Shown: piece by piece, positions 1 to 11,550 of the stretch
Position numbering within the stretch: the stretch's first letter is position 1
Layout: the number at the start of each line of letters is the position of its first letter
Source of the DNA: Haliotis rubra
Taxonomy: Eukaryota
DNA: 64,000 nucleotides
Assembly (NCBI RefSeq): GCF_003918875.1
Contig: NW_025766747.1
Coordinates: 248,001-312,000 of the forward strand
Direction: 5' to 3'
The notes under the pieces: model-generated
The model's database searches: none
What the model saw: the letters and a program-made list of their open reading frames with translations, nothing else
Told to the model about the DNA's origin: nothing
Program-made: the position numbers and the translations under genes

Positions 1-912
1 GCTAAATCTGTGTGCCTGTTTATGTTTTGTCGTTTCTGCCTTTGTGTGAACGGTAAGGGAAAATGCTGATGTTGGTGCTTTTGAAATGATGGCTAATGTT
101 CACAGGTGTCCACAATTGCTGAAACCAATTGTCCAGACAGGAAAGGGGAGGTTTTAAGCTTGTTACAAGGTGAAAAAACATCGTTTGTAACTTATGCTGA
201 AACACTGAGGTTATTCTCAGCTTTCCGGACCGAGAGTCTCAAATTCAGCATTATAAAATTTGTGTCGCAAACATTATAACTTTTTGCCTGCAACATCATC
301 AAGATGTAAAAGGGTTTTCTCTGGAAGAAAATACATTGCTTTGGTGCTTCTTGTGCTCTCCGGGCATGTCCAAAATACTGTTGAAGTGTAATTTCAGCAC
401 ATGCAGGTAATATCAAAAATGTAACTTTGTTTAACGCAAAACATGTAATACTTTAAAAAGAACTTTGATTTTAATTTGTCAAAAATACTTGTAATCACAC
501 GTTTCACTGGTCGTCCGTGTATAATAGATAGTACTGACACACGTTCTCTATCCTTAGAGCAAGGGTAAATTCTTAAGTAACACAAACCATACGCGCAGTT
601 TACACCTGCTCCACCATTCACATTGGAAGCAGACTGCACGATCTCATTAACCTGTACTGTCCATACAGTAAAGTGTTTGTTGTTGATTGCACTCTGTATG
701 GGCTTATACACCACGAGCCTGAAGGGCGACGGATGCATATTACAGAGATGAATAAATAACAAATGTACCAATCTGTATTTTTACTTGTATTTATTTTGTT
801 TCTGAGATATCACTCCCAGTTCAGGTTTCACATCATGTATGTATTTGTATTATTCTTAAAGCATCATGAAACTAACATTAACACATAGCACTTTGTACAT
901 CAGTCTTCAGCA

Positions 913-1991
913 TCACTGCAACAGTGATGAATCCACACTAAGCGACGTATGACCTCGAAGACCTCGAACCCAACTCTGACTGATATCCCTTGTAGAACCC
1001 GTCATTGACTGTTGTATGTGTGGATACAGGTAGGTGCAGGAACGGTCAGGTACATTTGAAGTGGGTGTGGGAGCTTGTGGTACGTATGTTCGACTCAGGG
1101 ACGATCTTGCCGGGGAGAGCTGGAGAGAGGGGAGCCGGTGAGAGAGCTGTTGATGCTGCTGGGGTTGTAGTAGCCGGCTGATGGAGAGTAGACTGTAGGA
1201 GATCCCATTGTCCAAGGACTGGAATCAGGCTTGCTCGATGTGCTGTAGGTCAGTCCGTGGGGTAAGGAGCCGAGACTGAGGGGGTTGAAACCTGTGGAAG
1301 GAGATGGACCCCCATACAATCCGAATAACTGTCCATAAGAACTGGCAGGATGGAATGGAGGATCATCACGACGTTGCTTTTGTGCCGACTTGAAACGTTT
1401 GGAACGACGAAGGAAACTGCCGTTACCGAACATGTCCCCGCACGATGGATGCAGAGCCCACAGGTTACCCTTGCCTGGTTTCCCTGGAGGTCGGGGCACC
1501 TTGACGAAACAGTCATTGAGGGAGAGGTTGTGTCTGATTGAGTTCTGCCATCTCCGTTGGTTGTCTTGGTAGTAGGGAAATCTCTTGATGATGTAGTTGT
1601 AGATGTCGTTGAGAGTCATCATGCCTGTAGTGGAACTCTCGACGGCCATGGTGATGAGAGCCACGTATGAATAGGGAGGCTTCTTGTTGGAAAATTGTCT
1701 GTCTTGTTGTGAGAGCGTCGATATTCCTGAGAAACTATCCAGATTGATGTCTCCGTCTCCGTTTGAAGATACCGATGACGAAGGAGAAGGGAGAATATTG
1801 TCATAATTTGGAGATGGTAGTTGAGTTTGGACAGACCCATGACTGATCTCTGATGTGACGTCTTCTCCTTCAGAAGTTTGAGGCATGACTGTAACGGAAT
1901 GTTCAGAAGGTGTTGGGTGACCAGATGTCGTCTGCTGTCCAATACAAGGAGCCGTACTTGGCACATACTGAAACATGGATGGATTATACAT
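913..1991 (-). CDS. foxAB: Forkhead box transcription factor, FoxAB-like, copy 1 (intronless; one apparent -1 frameshift at 1112-1115)
   Basis: Forkhead domain [18 protein letters not shown]...[20 protein letters not shown]...[24 protein letters not shown] in ORF 1095..2066. Likely start is ATG 1991 (MYNPSMFQY, homologous to [10 protein letters not shown] of copy 2), since ATG 2060 is only about 14 nt from the TATA box. As assembled it stops at 1095; adding one base to G4 at 1112-1115 joins ORF 913..1215 ([15 protein letters not shown], homologous to copy 3 [15 protein letters not shown]). Class call rests on recalled FoxAB-type MMTLN and [12 protein letters not shown] motifs (FoxB has MFENG). 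Confidence 0.85.
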
Positions 1992-2073
1992 GATTCCTGA
2001 CTCAAGGTGCAGCAGGTGAAAAGGTATTATCTCAGTAGGCAGTTGAATGTTCCTCCCCATCTCCACGGCGAGG

Positions 2074-2100
2074 TTTATATGCCCCGTTCAGATAATCCCC
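2074..2100 (-). promoter_or_regulatory. Core promoter of Fox copy 1: TATAAA plus TAATCC site
   Basis: tttata at 2074-2079 (TATAAA on minus strand), TAATCC at 2093-2098, and a CCAAT box (gattgg) at about 2221. Confidence 0.65.
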
Positions 2101-4647
2101 TCGACACGCGCTTTACAGATCTCATTTGTTTCTAGAGTAGGCGACCATTGATACGTAAATTAGATTGATCTCAAACCTAGTAATTGGGATCTCAAATACA
2201 TGGTACCTGTTATCTGCTCCGATTGGTTATGCACCAGATTTGAACTCCGCCTCTGCTTAAGTAGTTTTACAGTCAATGTACAGCTTTGAGTGTGTTGATA
2301 AGTTGACATAGAGAAAAACATTATGTAGCAATTGATAGGTTAATTAGATTTGTGGATGTAATGGGTGTGTCCTCAATCACGTGACACTGTCAATTACTTC
2401 TGGCCAGGACAATAGCCCTGCCTCCAGGCAGCAATACCTTGTTGCTTCTTTACGACCTTCATGTTACATGTAAAAGACACATTCACAAATTTATATCTAG
2501 AACAGAAATATTATGTCAATTGCTCTGCTTAAGTAAAATGATGCAAATTTGAAGGACTTGATCCTTTCCAGAAATCATAAGGGGAATTTTGCGATGGTAC
2601 GTCATAACCTGCCCAATGAACATGAAATTGGTATGTATGTCCAATATAACTGATCACGGTATCATGGAGACGTGTTACTTAGCTACGTTTATGTCATACA
2701 GCTAATGTCACCACAGTTCAGTCCCATTCTGTCTAGAAACATAAATATTGGTCATCACAAAAAATAACATCCAGTTTTGTGACAGAAGCTACAATGATGG
2801 TCGTTGTTCTAAGTATTGGTGCAGAGAGCAGTGCTTCAAGTTAAGGATTTCGACGAAGTTGTGGAAAAGGCTCTTTGTTGACTTGTTTGTTAATTATATT
2901 AGGGTGAAGAAATATGTTGGTTCAGTGCAATCAGATTTGAGTACCCTGCCTTTCGTGGCTGATGGGATACATTAATTCTGAAAAACAATTTAGTTGTTTG
3001 TAAGAGCTATGAATATATATACTGGTACCTGTATACACAGGCAAGTGGCAAGTGTAGAATATTGGCAGCTAGCCGCTTTTGCTGATATTACGTAGACAAT
3101 GTCACAGCAATTATCTCCACCCCACAGTTGCAGTGCTAAGTATTTTATAGATATATTTTCTAACCTTTTTTTAAAATTGTGCACATTTATCTCTGCTCAT
3201 AACTATCGACACGCCTTCCAGGTATATGCGTCTCAGTGTAAGGTTGACTGTGTTTATGAGCATGGGTGTATACCTATCAATCGTGTCTCATAAGATCCAT
3301 TGGTAGGACATTGCAATCCACTGTTTTATTAATCCTGATTCGTATTACTGTATTTCACATTTATTTTTACAGAACCTGAACTTCCGATCTGGAAATACAC
3401 AATGGCTAAATGTACTTCCACAACACAAGCGACACAAGATGACGACAGGAACACTGGCTCACAGACGAGTCAAACAGTGACAATGATAGTTTCTGTAATA
3501 ATGAAACGCTAATTGCAGCTAATAAAATGTCACTACGTGTTGCTTGAATGATGAGCATCACACCTTGTATCGAAATCCTTACCCAGGGGCGTCAGGTGAA
3601 ATACCGTGTCTCCCCCGGGCCTATCTCCCTGACTTTTCCTGAGTAATTTCCAGGGTCAATATTGAACCACGTGTACTAACTTCGTGACATGCTTTTCAGC
3701 ATGGTATAAATCCGATTTGTAGCAACCAGGTTACGTAATACGTAAATCCAATATCTACGGCCACGCCCATCAAAGATATACACTTGCTGTGCATGACATG
3801 CAGGTATATGAGATTCCTATTTGTCCAGTGTACCATGTAGATTGTTCCCATGTGTATCATTATAACCAGTTAAAACTAATTTACGCAGTGTTACTAATAT
3901 GAATATAAATTATGAGTTACTATTACATGGCAATGCAGATCCGACTGTTCGCATAAATTAAAACATGTTTAAAATTGTTCAAATCAATCAAAAGAATATT
4001 TTAATTATTGTCATTATTCCACTGTTTCCCCATCATTCTGTCTATCTTGCTTAAAGAAAGTAAATAATATTTATGAACTCACTACGAAGAGGGTGTTCTA
4101 AGTTGTATAACCTGTACCCAATTCTTTTCTCGTGATTAATATATGTTTAAACAAACTAGTTTATCCATCTATGTTTCGTTCAGTAATGTTCTGCTTTCAT
4201 GTGAATACGAAGTCCTCACAACATAACCAAAATATACAAGTTAATATCAACAAGGTGGAATTTGCCAGGTAGCAACTGACATTCACAGGCTATGTCGAAT
4301 TACAGCATTTACTCAACAGTACTGATCACCATACATACTGTTTCACAGCATACCACTGGGTCTATTGATCCCACCTTAACAAGCACTGTTGATATCACCA
4401 AGTGGATGTGTAAATCTGAGTCATAATCTCTTTTGACCACATGTTGGTGTTTTAGCATCACAAAGACGCTGCTCGTGGTCCATGGTCCTCAACATTACAT
4501 AACTCTAACAAACCAGTTTAAACCAGATTAAATACGGGATAGCTGATGTATCCAAATTCTTTCGAATGTTTAATGAAACCTTTACTGAGGTATTTTTCGA
4601 GATCCTCTCACAGATTTGTAACACGTGTTGCATGTCCTAATCGGTAG

Positions 4648-4805
4648 TACGGTAGGGTAGCCTAGTGCTTATAATTAACGTGATCTCTCGCCATGCCGGG
4701 GTTCGATTCTTTACGTGCGTACATGTGTGAAGCCCCTTTTCTCGTTTTCCTCGCATTGATACTGATGGAATGTCGCTAAAGCGGCGTAAAAACAGACTCA
4801 TTTAC
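4648..4805 (+). mobile_element. tRNA-derived SINE family A, degraded copy
   Basis: gggtagcctagtg (A box), gggttcgattc (B box), gcggcgtaaaa tail; similar to the 29650 copy. Confidence 0.7.
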
Positions 4806-5065
4806 TTATCAGTGTCAAGTCGATGAAAACGTGTGACGTATTTAACCTCCCCACCGTTACACATTGCTGATTCTGGTGGACGCTGACATGGACACACTAT
4901 GTACATTGCCTTCATACCAGGTTACATTGGGACGGTAGAACACCACGTGACCACCATGAACAACACAATAACATCGGTTCTCATATTGTGCAAATTTGTG
5001 ACATCTCAGCAAAATCGCCACTAAAACTAGTGAAACAAATTATACGTATCTGAGGACAAACTGGC

Positions 5066-5215
5066 ACAAGTAATCGTAACGGGGAGACTTAATATTGCGC
5101 TAAATGAGTTGTCTCTACACTCACTGACATCACAACAAATCAACACCATGCTGTGTCACATTGTCAGGTCATATAACAGCAGAAACAACATCCAATCTGT
5201 GTCAGGAGCGATCTA
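5066..5215. promoter_or_regulatory. Recurrent non-coding module A upstream of Fox copy 1 (first of two local copies)
   Basis: caagtaatcgta-ggggagacttaat-tgagttgtctctacactcactgacatcacaa; repeated at 5905-6030, 34772-34910 and 40932-41080. Confidence 0.55.
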
Positions 5216-5904
5216 TGTGTGGATTATTCTTCTGGAATACAACAGATATTTTGTATTAGCATTTAGAAAGCAGAATAGAAATACCTGAGTTGGCAAAAGA
5301 GAAACGAATTTTTACAATTATCTTTCAAAGATACCAACCAAGGTAGGGCAGCAAGAAGGTTATGATGGTTTCAAGTTCTGAAATAAAGTTTTGCCCGCCG
5401 AGTAGTATACTTGTAAAGTAGTACATGCAGATAAGTTTCATATTTCGATTCATAACTTTTGAAAAATATGGCTACTTTTGAAGATTGTTTTATGTTTCAT
5501 ATCCAAGTCTGCAGAATATTTCTTTTCAGAATACTTTCCAGCAAAATCGTTGAGCGTATTTTTGATTGGGATATGCCTGTGTGGCCAAAATGTCACTCAT
5601 TATAATATAACCAATTTAGTCAAATGTATCATTAATAAAGGCAAGCCAGGTGTGTTGCAAATAGTCCCATTATAGCGTAGTTTATATTTTAGGAGAGAAA
5701 ATTAAGAATCCTCTCCAGAAATAAGTCTTCCACAAAGAGTAACATTCGTGATTTATTTCAATTTCCAGCGGATATATCCCAAATTCCCATAAACCATGAA
5801 TGAAGGGGTGCTTTTGCTTTCGAAATTTTCTATGAATATTTTGTAACCAAACATTATCACCGAAAGCCGACAATTCACACTCATATCTAAGGATAAGCTG
5901 ACGC

Positions 5905-6030
5905 AAGTAATCGTATCGGGGAGACTTAATGGTGTGCTAAATGAGTTGTCTCTACACTCACTGACATCACAACAAATCAACACCATGCTGTGTCACATTG
6001 TCAGAACATATAACAGCAGAAACAACATCC
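5905..6030. repeat. Direct repeat of module A (about 125 bp, near-identical to 5066-5192)
   Basis: Direct sequence match. Confidence 0.8.
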
Positions 6031-6293
6031 ATAATCTTACTTTATAGAAGTGTTTCACTGCGTGTACTACATGCAAGACATGCTTGGTTCTACCACACAC
6101 GCCTTTCTGCTGACACACATTTCCATGTCATTCCCTTAGCATGTTGTCCTTAGTGACAAAACAAGTGGTCACATTGTTTAGATGCCTTTCTCATTTCTGT
6201 TGAAAGATGAGGCCACCTGTTTCCTCGTCTCAACGTTTCGACTGATGATGTCGGCGTATTTGATGTTTCTATATAACAAGATTCAATCAACCC

Positions 6294-6550
6294 GGGATTA
6301 GAGCTTGTGGCTAGTCTGCTACCAATTGTGGTTTGATCAAATAGAGATTACCTTTCGTCGGTTTCCTGTTTGCTTAGTCTCGTAATTTACCTGTCAGGAA
6401 CAACCAGCTTTATTAAGCAAGCGATGAAGAGCATTATCCGATCTTCGGAATTGGCTTACCCCAAACCGCTTATCTCCCTTTACCATCCTATTGGTGAGAG
6501 GATGAAGGTAAGTAAGATGGCGACAGTGGCGGCCGACTTTACTGCACGCG
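6294..6550. promoter_or_regulatory. Recurrent non-coding module B (GGATTA/AGATTA-containing) upstream of Fox copy 1
   Basis: ggatta...agatta...gtttcctgtttgctt...ggcgacagtg...ctgcacgcg; homologous blocks at 35506, 41588 and 57883. Confidence 0.5.
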
Positions 6551-7129
6551 ACAGACGTCTTTATCCAAGTTCACAGAAGACCGGCGAATTAGTAAAAGTG
6601 GAACGTTCCTATTGTAATTGATGATTGACAAAAAAATCATTCTAGGTTGCCACAGATTAATTACGTGTTACAGGTCCAAGGAATATTCCAAACTTTTTTG
6701 ATATAACCAATAACATTAGCAGTATGACCAGCAGTATGTTTTATGACGTGTTTTATCAAGGAAGGCTTTTCTCCATACAACAGCGTGATACGCGTACGTA
6801 TCAAGACAAAAAAGTAATATTTTTCTGCCTGTACGCTGATGTAGACAGCAATGTAGAAACGGAAGAGGAACACATTTTCTGCAAAGACAACTTCTCTTTG
6901 GCAATAGATGCAACCTTTCGGCCAGTTGCGTAATAACACATTAGCATCTACACCGAAACGTCGCATCTGTTTCAATAAAGATGTTAACTATCGATTAAAA
7001 TACCAGCTTCTAAAGCCAGTTAAATGTAAAAGCTGTTTGAACATGTCACTTTTAAACCTAAATAGAAAGCCTTGCAGCAAATGTTTTGTCCACTTACATC
7101 ATCAATGTGTATATCATATTTAAGGTTAG

Positions 7130-7225
7130 ACTTTGGTTTTTAACGCAGCTCTCAGGAATATTCCAGCGATGTTGAAGCAGTCTGTAAATATTCGAGTCTG
7201 GACCGGACAATCCAGTTATGAACAA
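7130..7225 (-). mobile_element. SINE family B 3' fragment
   Basis: aatattccagc...gtctgtaaata-tcgagtctggacc-gacaatccagt is the reverse complement of the family B 3' half. Confidence 0.6.
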
Positions 7226-8371
7226 CTTGAAACTGTAAGTATTTTGTGTGCTCGGGAGTTGCATCATAAGAAATATGTCCGTCCTCTCCTTTAGTCCGTT
7301 TTGGTGGGAGTTTGTCACAAATACTTACATTATCTAACGGCACTGTGTTTTCACGTTGACGAAAGGCCAAAGTGACGCAGGTACAGTTAAGACATACCAT
7401 ACATTAGCCATACCATACAGTTTATACATTATCATAAATTATTACAAGTGCATCCAGTGCTGAAGGTGTAGCCTTATACATGTACATACCATATACAATA
7501 TAGATCACCAAATGTGAATCTATTCACGATAGTAGGTATGTGATCGAAGAGTTGTAACTTACTCCTTGGTTTGATATAAAGGTGTTCCATTTGTCAACAG
7601 TCCACTTATTATATTTCCATGGTTACAGAACCAATCAGTATCACGCCCTCTCGTGTTCAGGGTCGACCACACCACAAACAACACCACTCTGGTGGATGCT
7701 ATTTGTATAGGCATCTAATTAGCCAAATATGTTTGAAATTATATGTAGTAACCTGATAGCATACACACAATGCCATGTAATGTTAGACGCGAGCAGGGGC
7801 GTCTTCCCAGATCACGTGTTTATGCCGAACGCTGTGATATCGATGTTTGTGTCCACATAATGCGATTCAATTAAGCTGGACTTTGATAACCGTGTCCACA
7901 ATTCAGTCCAACTTTTTAATGAAGATGAATGTTGTGTTGTGTATGTTCTGTTTGATGTAATGTATTTGCAGAGACAAACCTACTTAGCCGATTTTGTCAA
8001 GGCCGACAGGTTCAGTGAAAGTTGACTACGACCATTGACTTCATGTACATGTTCAAAATACTAAACAGGTTAAACTGACCTTTCACTTCAAAGTCAAGTT
8101 GGTTAATACCCATACATGTTCATCGTGTTCAGCACGATGGTTTCAACTTTCTAAACCACAACCATACACGTACAAATTGATATATTTATGTACTCTTGCA
8201 TTGATACATCTCTTTAGTGGTGAAGTTCAATCAATCTTTATTCAGTACTTAAAACGGCTACATGCCTGTAGTACATTTAAAGTTTACACGAGTATAGTCT
8301 GTTTGCAGTGAAAACGTACCGATGAATTTCACTCTAAACAAAAAAGGTAAATCGAATAAAGTGAAATTAAG

Positions 8372-8745
8372 ATTGCGAATCCTCATAATTTTACCTTGCC
8401 AATTGAACATTTAAATCTCAGAATTTTATTCAACTTAGGATAAAAGTTGTTTAACAAACGATCATAAATTCAAATCGCTATTATTGGTTTGTATTACAAG
8501 GGGGTGAGCGCAGTAGATTGAACAGTGAAACAAATGCACGTGCGGTACGTGATGAGCGTTAACTTAATTAAACCAACACTACTTGTTTTCGGTGTTTCAT
8601 TTAAAGTGCATACCCCCTTGAAATGCAAACCAACAATAGCGATTTGAAACTATGATCGTTTGTTAAACAACTTTTATCCTAAGTTGAATAAAATTCTGAG
8701 ATTTAAATGTTCATTTGGCAAGGTAAAATTATGAGGATTCGCAAT
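8372..8745. mobile_element. Foldback/MITE-like element with about 130-bp inverted arms
   Basis: 8372-8504 is the near-exact reverse complement of 8613-8745. Confidence 0.75.
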
Positions 8746-8747
8746 AC

Positions 8748-9286
8748 AGTCGTAAGTTAGAAATATATACGTCGCTTGAGACAGAACCCAATAACAGATC
8801 AATAAAAATTGGGGGGAGTTACCGAACTGTATTTACCGATAATTTTCCAATCATAATATTCATGAGAACTGGGACGGATATAGGATTAACGAATTAAAAC
8901 GATGGGTTGAAACAGGTGATCAGGATCAGGCCAGGCTCGAACCATATAAAAAGATAGGTTTGGCACTGAGCGAGGGGTCCGCGCTTTTAAGTGACCGAAG
9001 CCAGTCCACTTCACTCAGTTGCCTGTGTGGTACGAGCTTATCCTGTCTGTAGATGAAGTTGTAGTTAGAGATGGACTGAGACAGAGTAAAAACTATTTGA
9101 GTATAAACTTGGTGTTGCGTTTATCTATGAATGTATGTGTGCCAGTACATGAATGTTATGTGGCTAGTTGGGAGTCACGGTCGTCCGACCCCTCACTCCT
9201 GGACCATCTCCCCGAGCAATGTGGAACGACCATAATTAATAGGTAACTGGGTAGGGTTTACTGAAGCCCAAACGCCAGTTACGACA
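8748..9286. mobile_element. Probable solo LTR (about 540 bp)
   Basis: Ends (a)gtcgtaa...ttacgaca form a short terminal inverted repeat of TG...CA type with the first base altered; flanks atac/atat; internal TATAAAA near 8946. Confidence 0.45.
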
Positions 9287-9489
9287 ATATTACATAATTG
9301 ACATATTCTGTTTTCTCTTTGTATATCTGCCAGTTTAATAAAATAATTCATGGGAAGAAAACGAGAGAGAGAGAGAGAGAGATATTCGAAACTTTTTTTA
9401 CGTCGATTTTTGCTAAATAGTCCTCAAAACGTCTATCCGATTTCTATTGATTATAATATAAACATTTTGTTTATTGAAGTAATGATTCC

Positions 9490-9705
9490 GACCCAGATTG
9501 AAAATACATATATTACATTTCTTTCTTTGTGCAAATGATATGATAAAGTGTGCATGGGACTGAACCGTGTGATCACACCACACATAACCATAACCTGTTT
9601 TGTACAACAACTCTCTAATATCAGTCACCCAATTTCGTTTCCCATTTTCGTGATACAATTTCATCATATCATAACCTTTTTTCGGAAACCTATGGCATGG
9701 CATAT
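9490..9705 (-). mobile_element. Non-LTR retrotransposon ORF2 fragment
   Basis: Translation YDMMKLYHENGKRNWVTDIRELLYKTGYGYVW resembles the post-RT region of the LINE type seen at 33.2 and 51 kb. Confidence 0.6.
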
Positions 9706-10038
9706 GCAGTAATCAGAACAGAACAGAACATTTTATTCTCTAAAAATCCACCCACGGTGGTACATGAGAATATAATGATATACAATTTAACATAAATATA
9801 CAATCAAGATGGCGGATGATAGAATACTTAGATAGAGTATTACATGTATTATCACAATTCGTTACAATTTCAGGGCAATCTTACCCAATACTTTATGGCT
9901 TTAAAGGAGGAATATATAAACCATGGAAATCCACCTAATTGTCCGGAAACCATAATATTACATGTGTTCGGTTTTACACCAAGAAACCTTTTGCATGCAT
10001 ATAAATGAACTCTTTGGATACTATCATATTGCTGTAAT

Positions 10039-10309
10039 CAGTGTATAAAATAGTTTTGAAATGTGGCCTGTCCAAGGACTGGTTGTCCAAAAAAGTGACT
10101 AGTCCTGAACAAACACAGCCAGTCCCAAAAACTAAAACAATAAAAAATCAACTAATGTTGAAAGAAGAACGAGAAAGAGAATGATTGCTAAGACGAAGTT
10201 CAAACCAAGATAAGTTTATTTTTTCAAATATTTCCCCGACCAAAGGACGACCGTCCTTCACATAAATAGACCGTCAAGGACGGTGGGACGGGCTATGTGT
10301 TATACACTG
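10039..10309. mobile_element. hAT-like MITE
   Basis: TIRs cagtgtataa / ttatacactg; flanking direct repeat ctgtaat(c) at 10032 and 10310. Confidence 0.65.
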
Positions 10310-11360
10310 CTGTAATCCCCATATATCAGAACTATATAGAAGTATTGGGCTTATCTTCATATCGAATATTTTAAATAATGTGTTAAAGGACATTTCACCT
10401 AAAGATCTCATATCTTTACAAACACCGATTATAACTTTGAAGGATTGTACTGACCCTTGTTTCGTGTGTTTGGACCAGGAAAGGTTATGAAGAAGCTGTG
10501 AATGTTAACGTGTATTCTGGTAAACATGGGTGACAGGAAGTACAATGAAATATGCAATTCCTATAGTACACTGGAGGTGAGCAAACCGTTGCTTGACTCA
10601 ATGGCTAAACATGGATGGAAGGGTAGCCTACCGCACCTGAATGTGTGCCTCTCCAAGCTGCCGTATACGTGTAAAGTAATTATACTCCAACTATCCAGTT
10701 CTATATTGCCCTATACTTGTGCTCGTCCAGAGCAGTACAGAGAATAATAATAATATTTTATTCAAGTGTCTAGCGTGTATACATATAAAAATTAAACCAT
10801 AATAACACATACATCACATTGTTAGACAACGCCCGGCCAACAAAGGCCTATTTGACACCATGTTACCGTTAAATGGTCAATAATAGTAAAAGCAGAGTTG
10901 TGCTAGAATAGTACTAATATCATACATTGAAAGTAGAGGCAGGGAGCGCTAACTAGATTGTTCGATCGGTGGCATAAAAGAGAAATTCTGATTGAAAGAT
11001 GACGCGTGATTCCGAACATACGTATTTTTGCTATGGAGACACGGATACCGACTACTGTGACACTCCATCTACGTGGCAGGCGATATGCGTACATGCAAGT
11101 TTAGTTGAAGGTGGAAACTCTCTCTGTGACACTGACGATTTAGCACATTATCACCAGTGAAGACAATGACGGTAATACTTAATCGCGCTTAATGATAACG
11201 CTCTAATCGTCATGACATAATCCCAAAATGTTCCTCACACCCACGGTTAGCAACGCCATAACCCATGGGCGCCTCAAGTCGTCACCCCCGGTGTTTCTGC
11301 TCCCACCCCAGAGCGTGCCCACCATGTCCTGCTCAGGGGGGCACGCTTCGAAGCGCCAAT

Positions 11361-11412
11361 GGTCACTGGATCAATATTGACGTTGAACAACGTCAATATT
11401 GATCCAGTGACC
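11361..11412. repeat. Perfect 25-bp inverted repeat with 2-nt loop
   Basis: ggtcactggatcaatattgacgttg-aa-caacgtcaatattgatccagtgacc. Confidence 0.9.
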
Positions 11413-11474
11413 CTTGTCGGTGTGATAAGCGATGAACGGTAGTATCGACCATCATGTAAATGTATAAGACGAGC

Positions 11475-11550
11475 ATATGGATGGCAACTTCTTCGTTATT
11501 GTATAACACAACGTTTCTGGGCTACTTCTTGCCCCTTCTTCAGGTGATTA
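11475..11550 (-). ncRNA. Minimal type I hammerhead ribozyme motif in a Penelope-like element end
   Basis: Minus strand reads cac-CTGAAGA-aggggc-aagaagta-gccca-GAAAC-GTT-gtg: conserved core, stem II GGGC/GCCC, stem I CAC/GTG, palindromic stem III. Confidence 0.55.

Noticed and set aside
1250-1572. Recurrent alternative-frame and antisense ORFs over the forkhead ([10 protein letters not shown]..., MKRLERRRK..., MEWKII...) in every copy
   Set aside because: They recur only because the DNA is near-identical; no independent coding evidence.
1992-2066. N-terminal extension [10 protein letters not shown] of copy 1 (and MPELWIV... upstream of copy 5)
   Set aside because: These starts lie at or upstream of the TSS predicted from the TATA boxes; downstream ATGs match the paralogue spacing.
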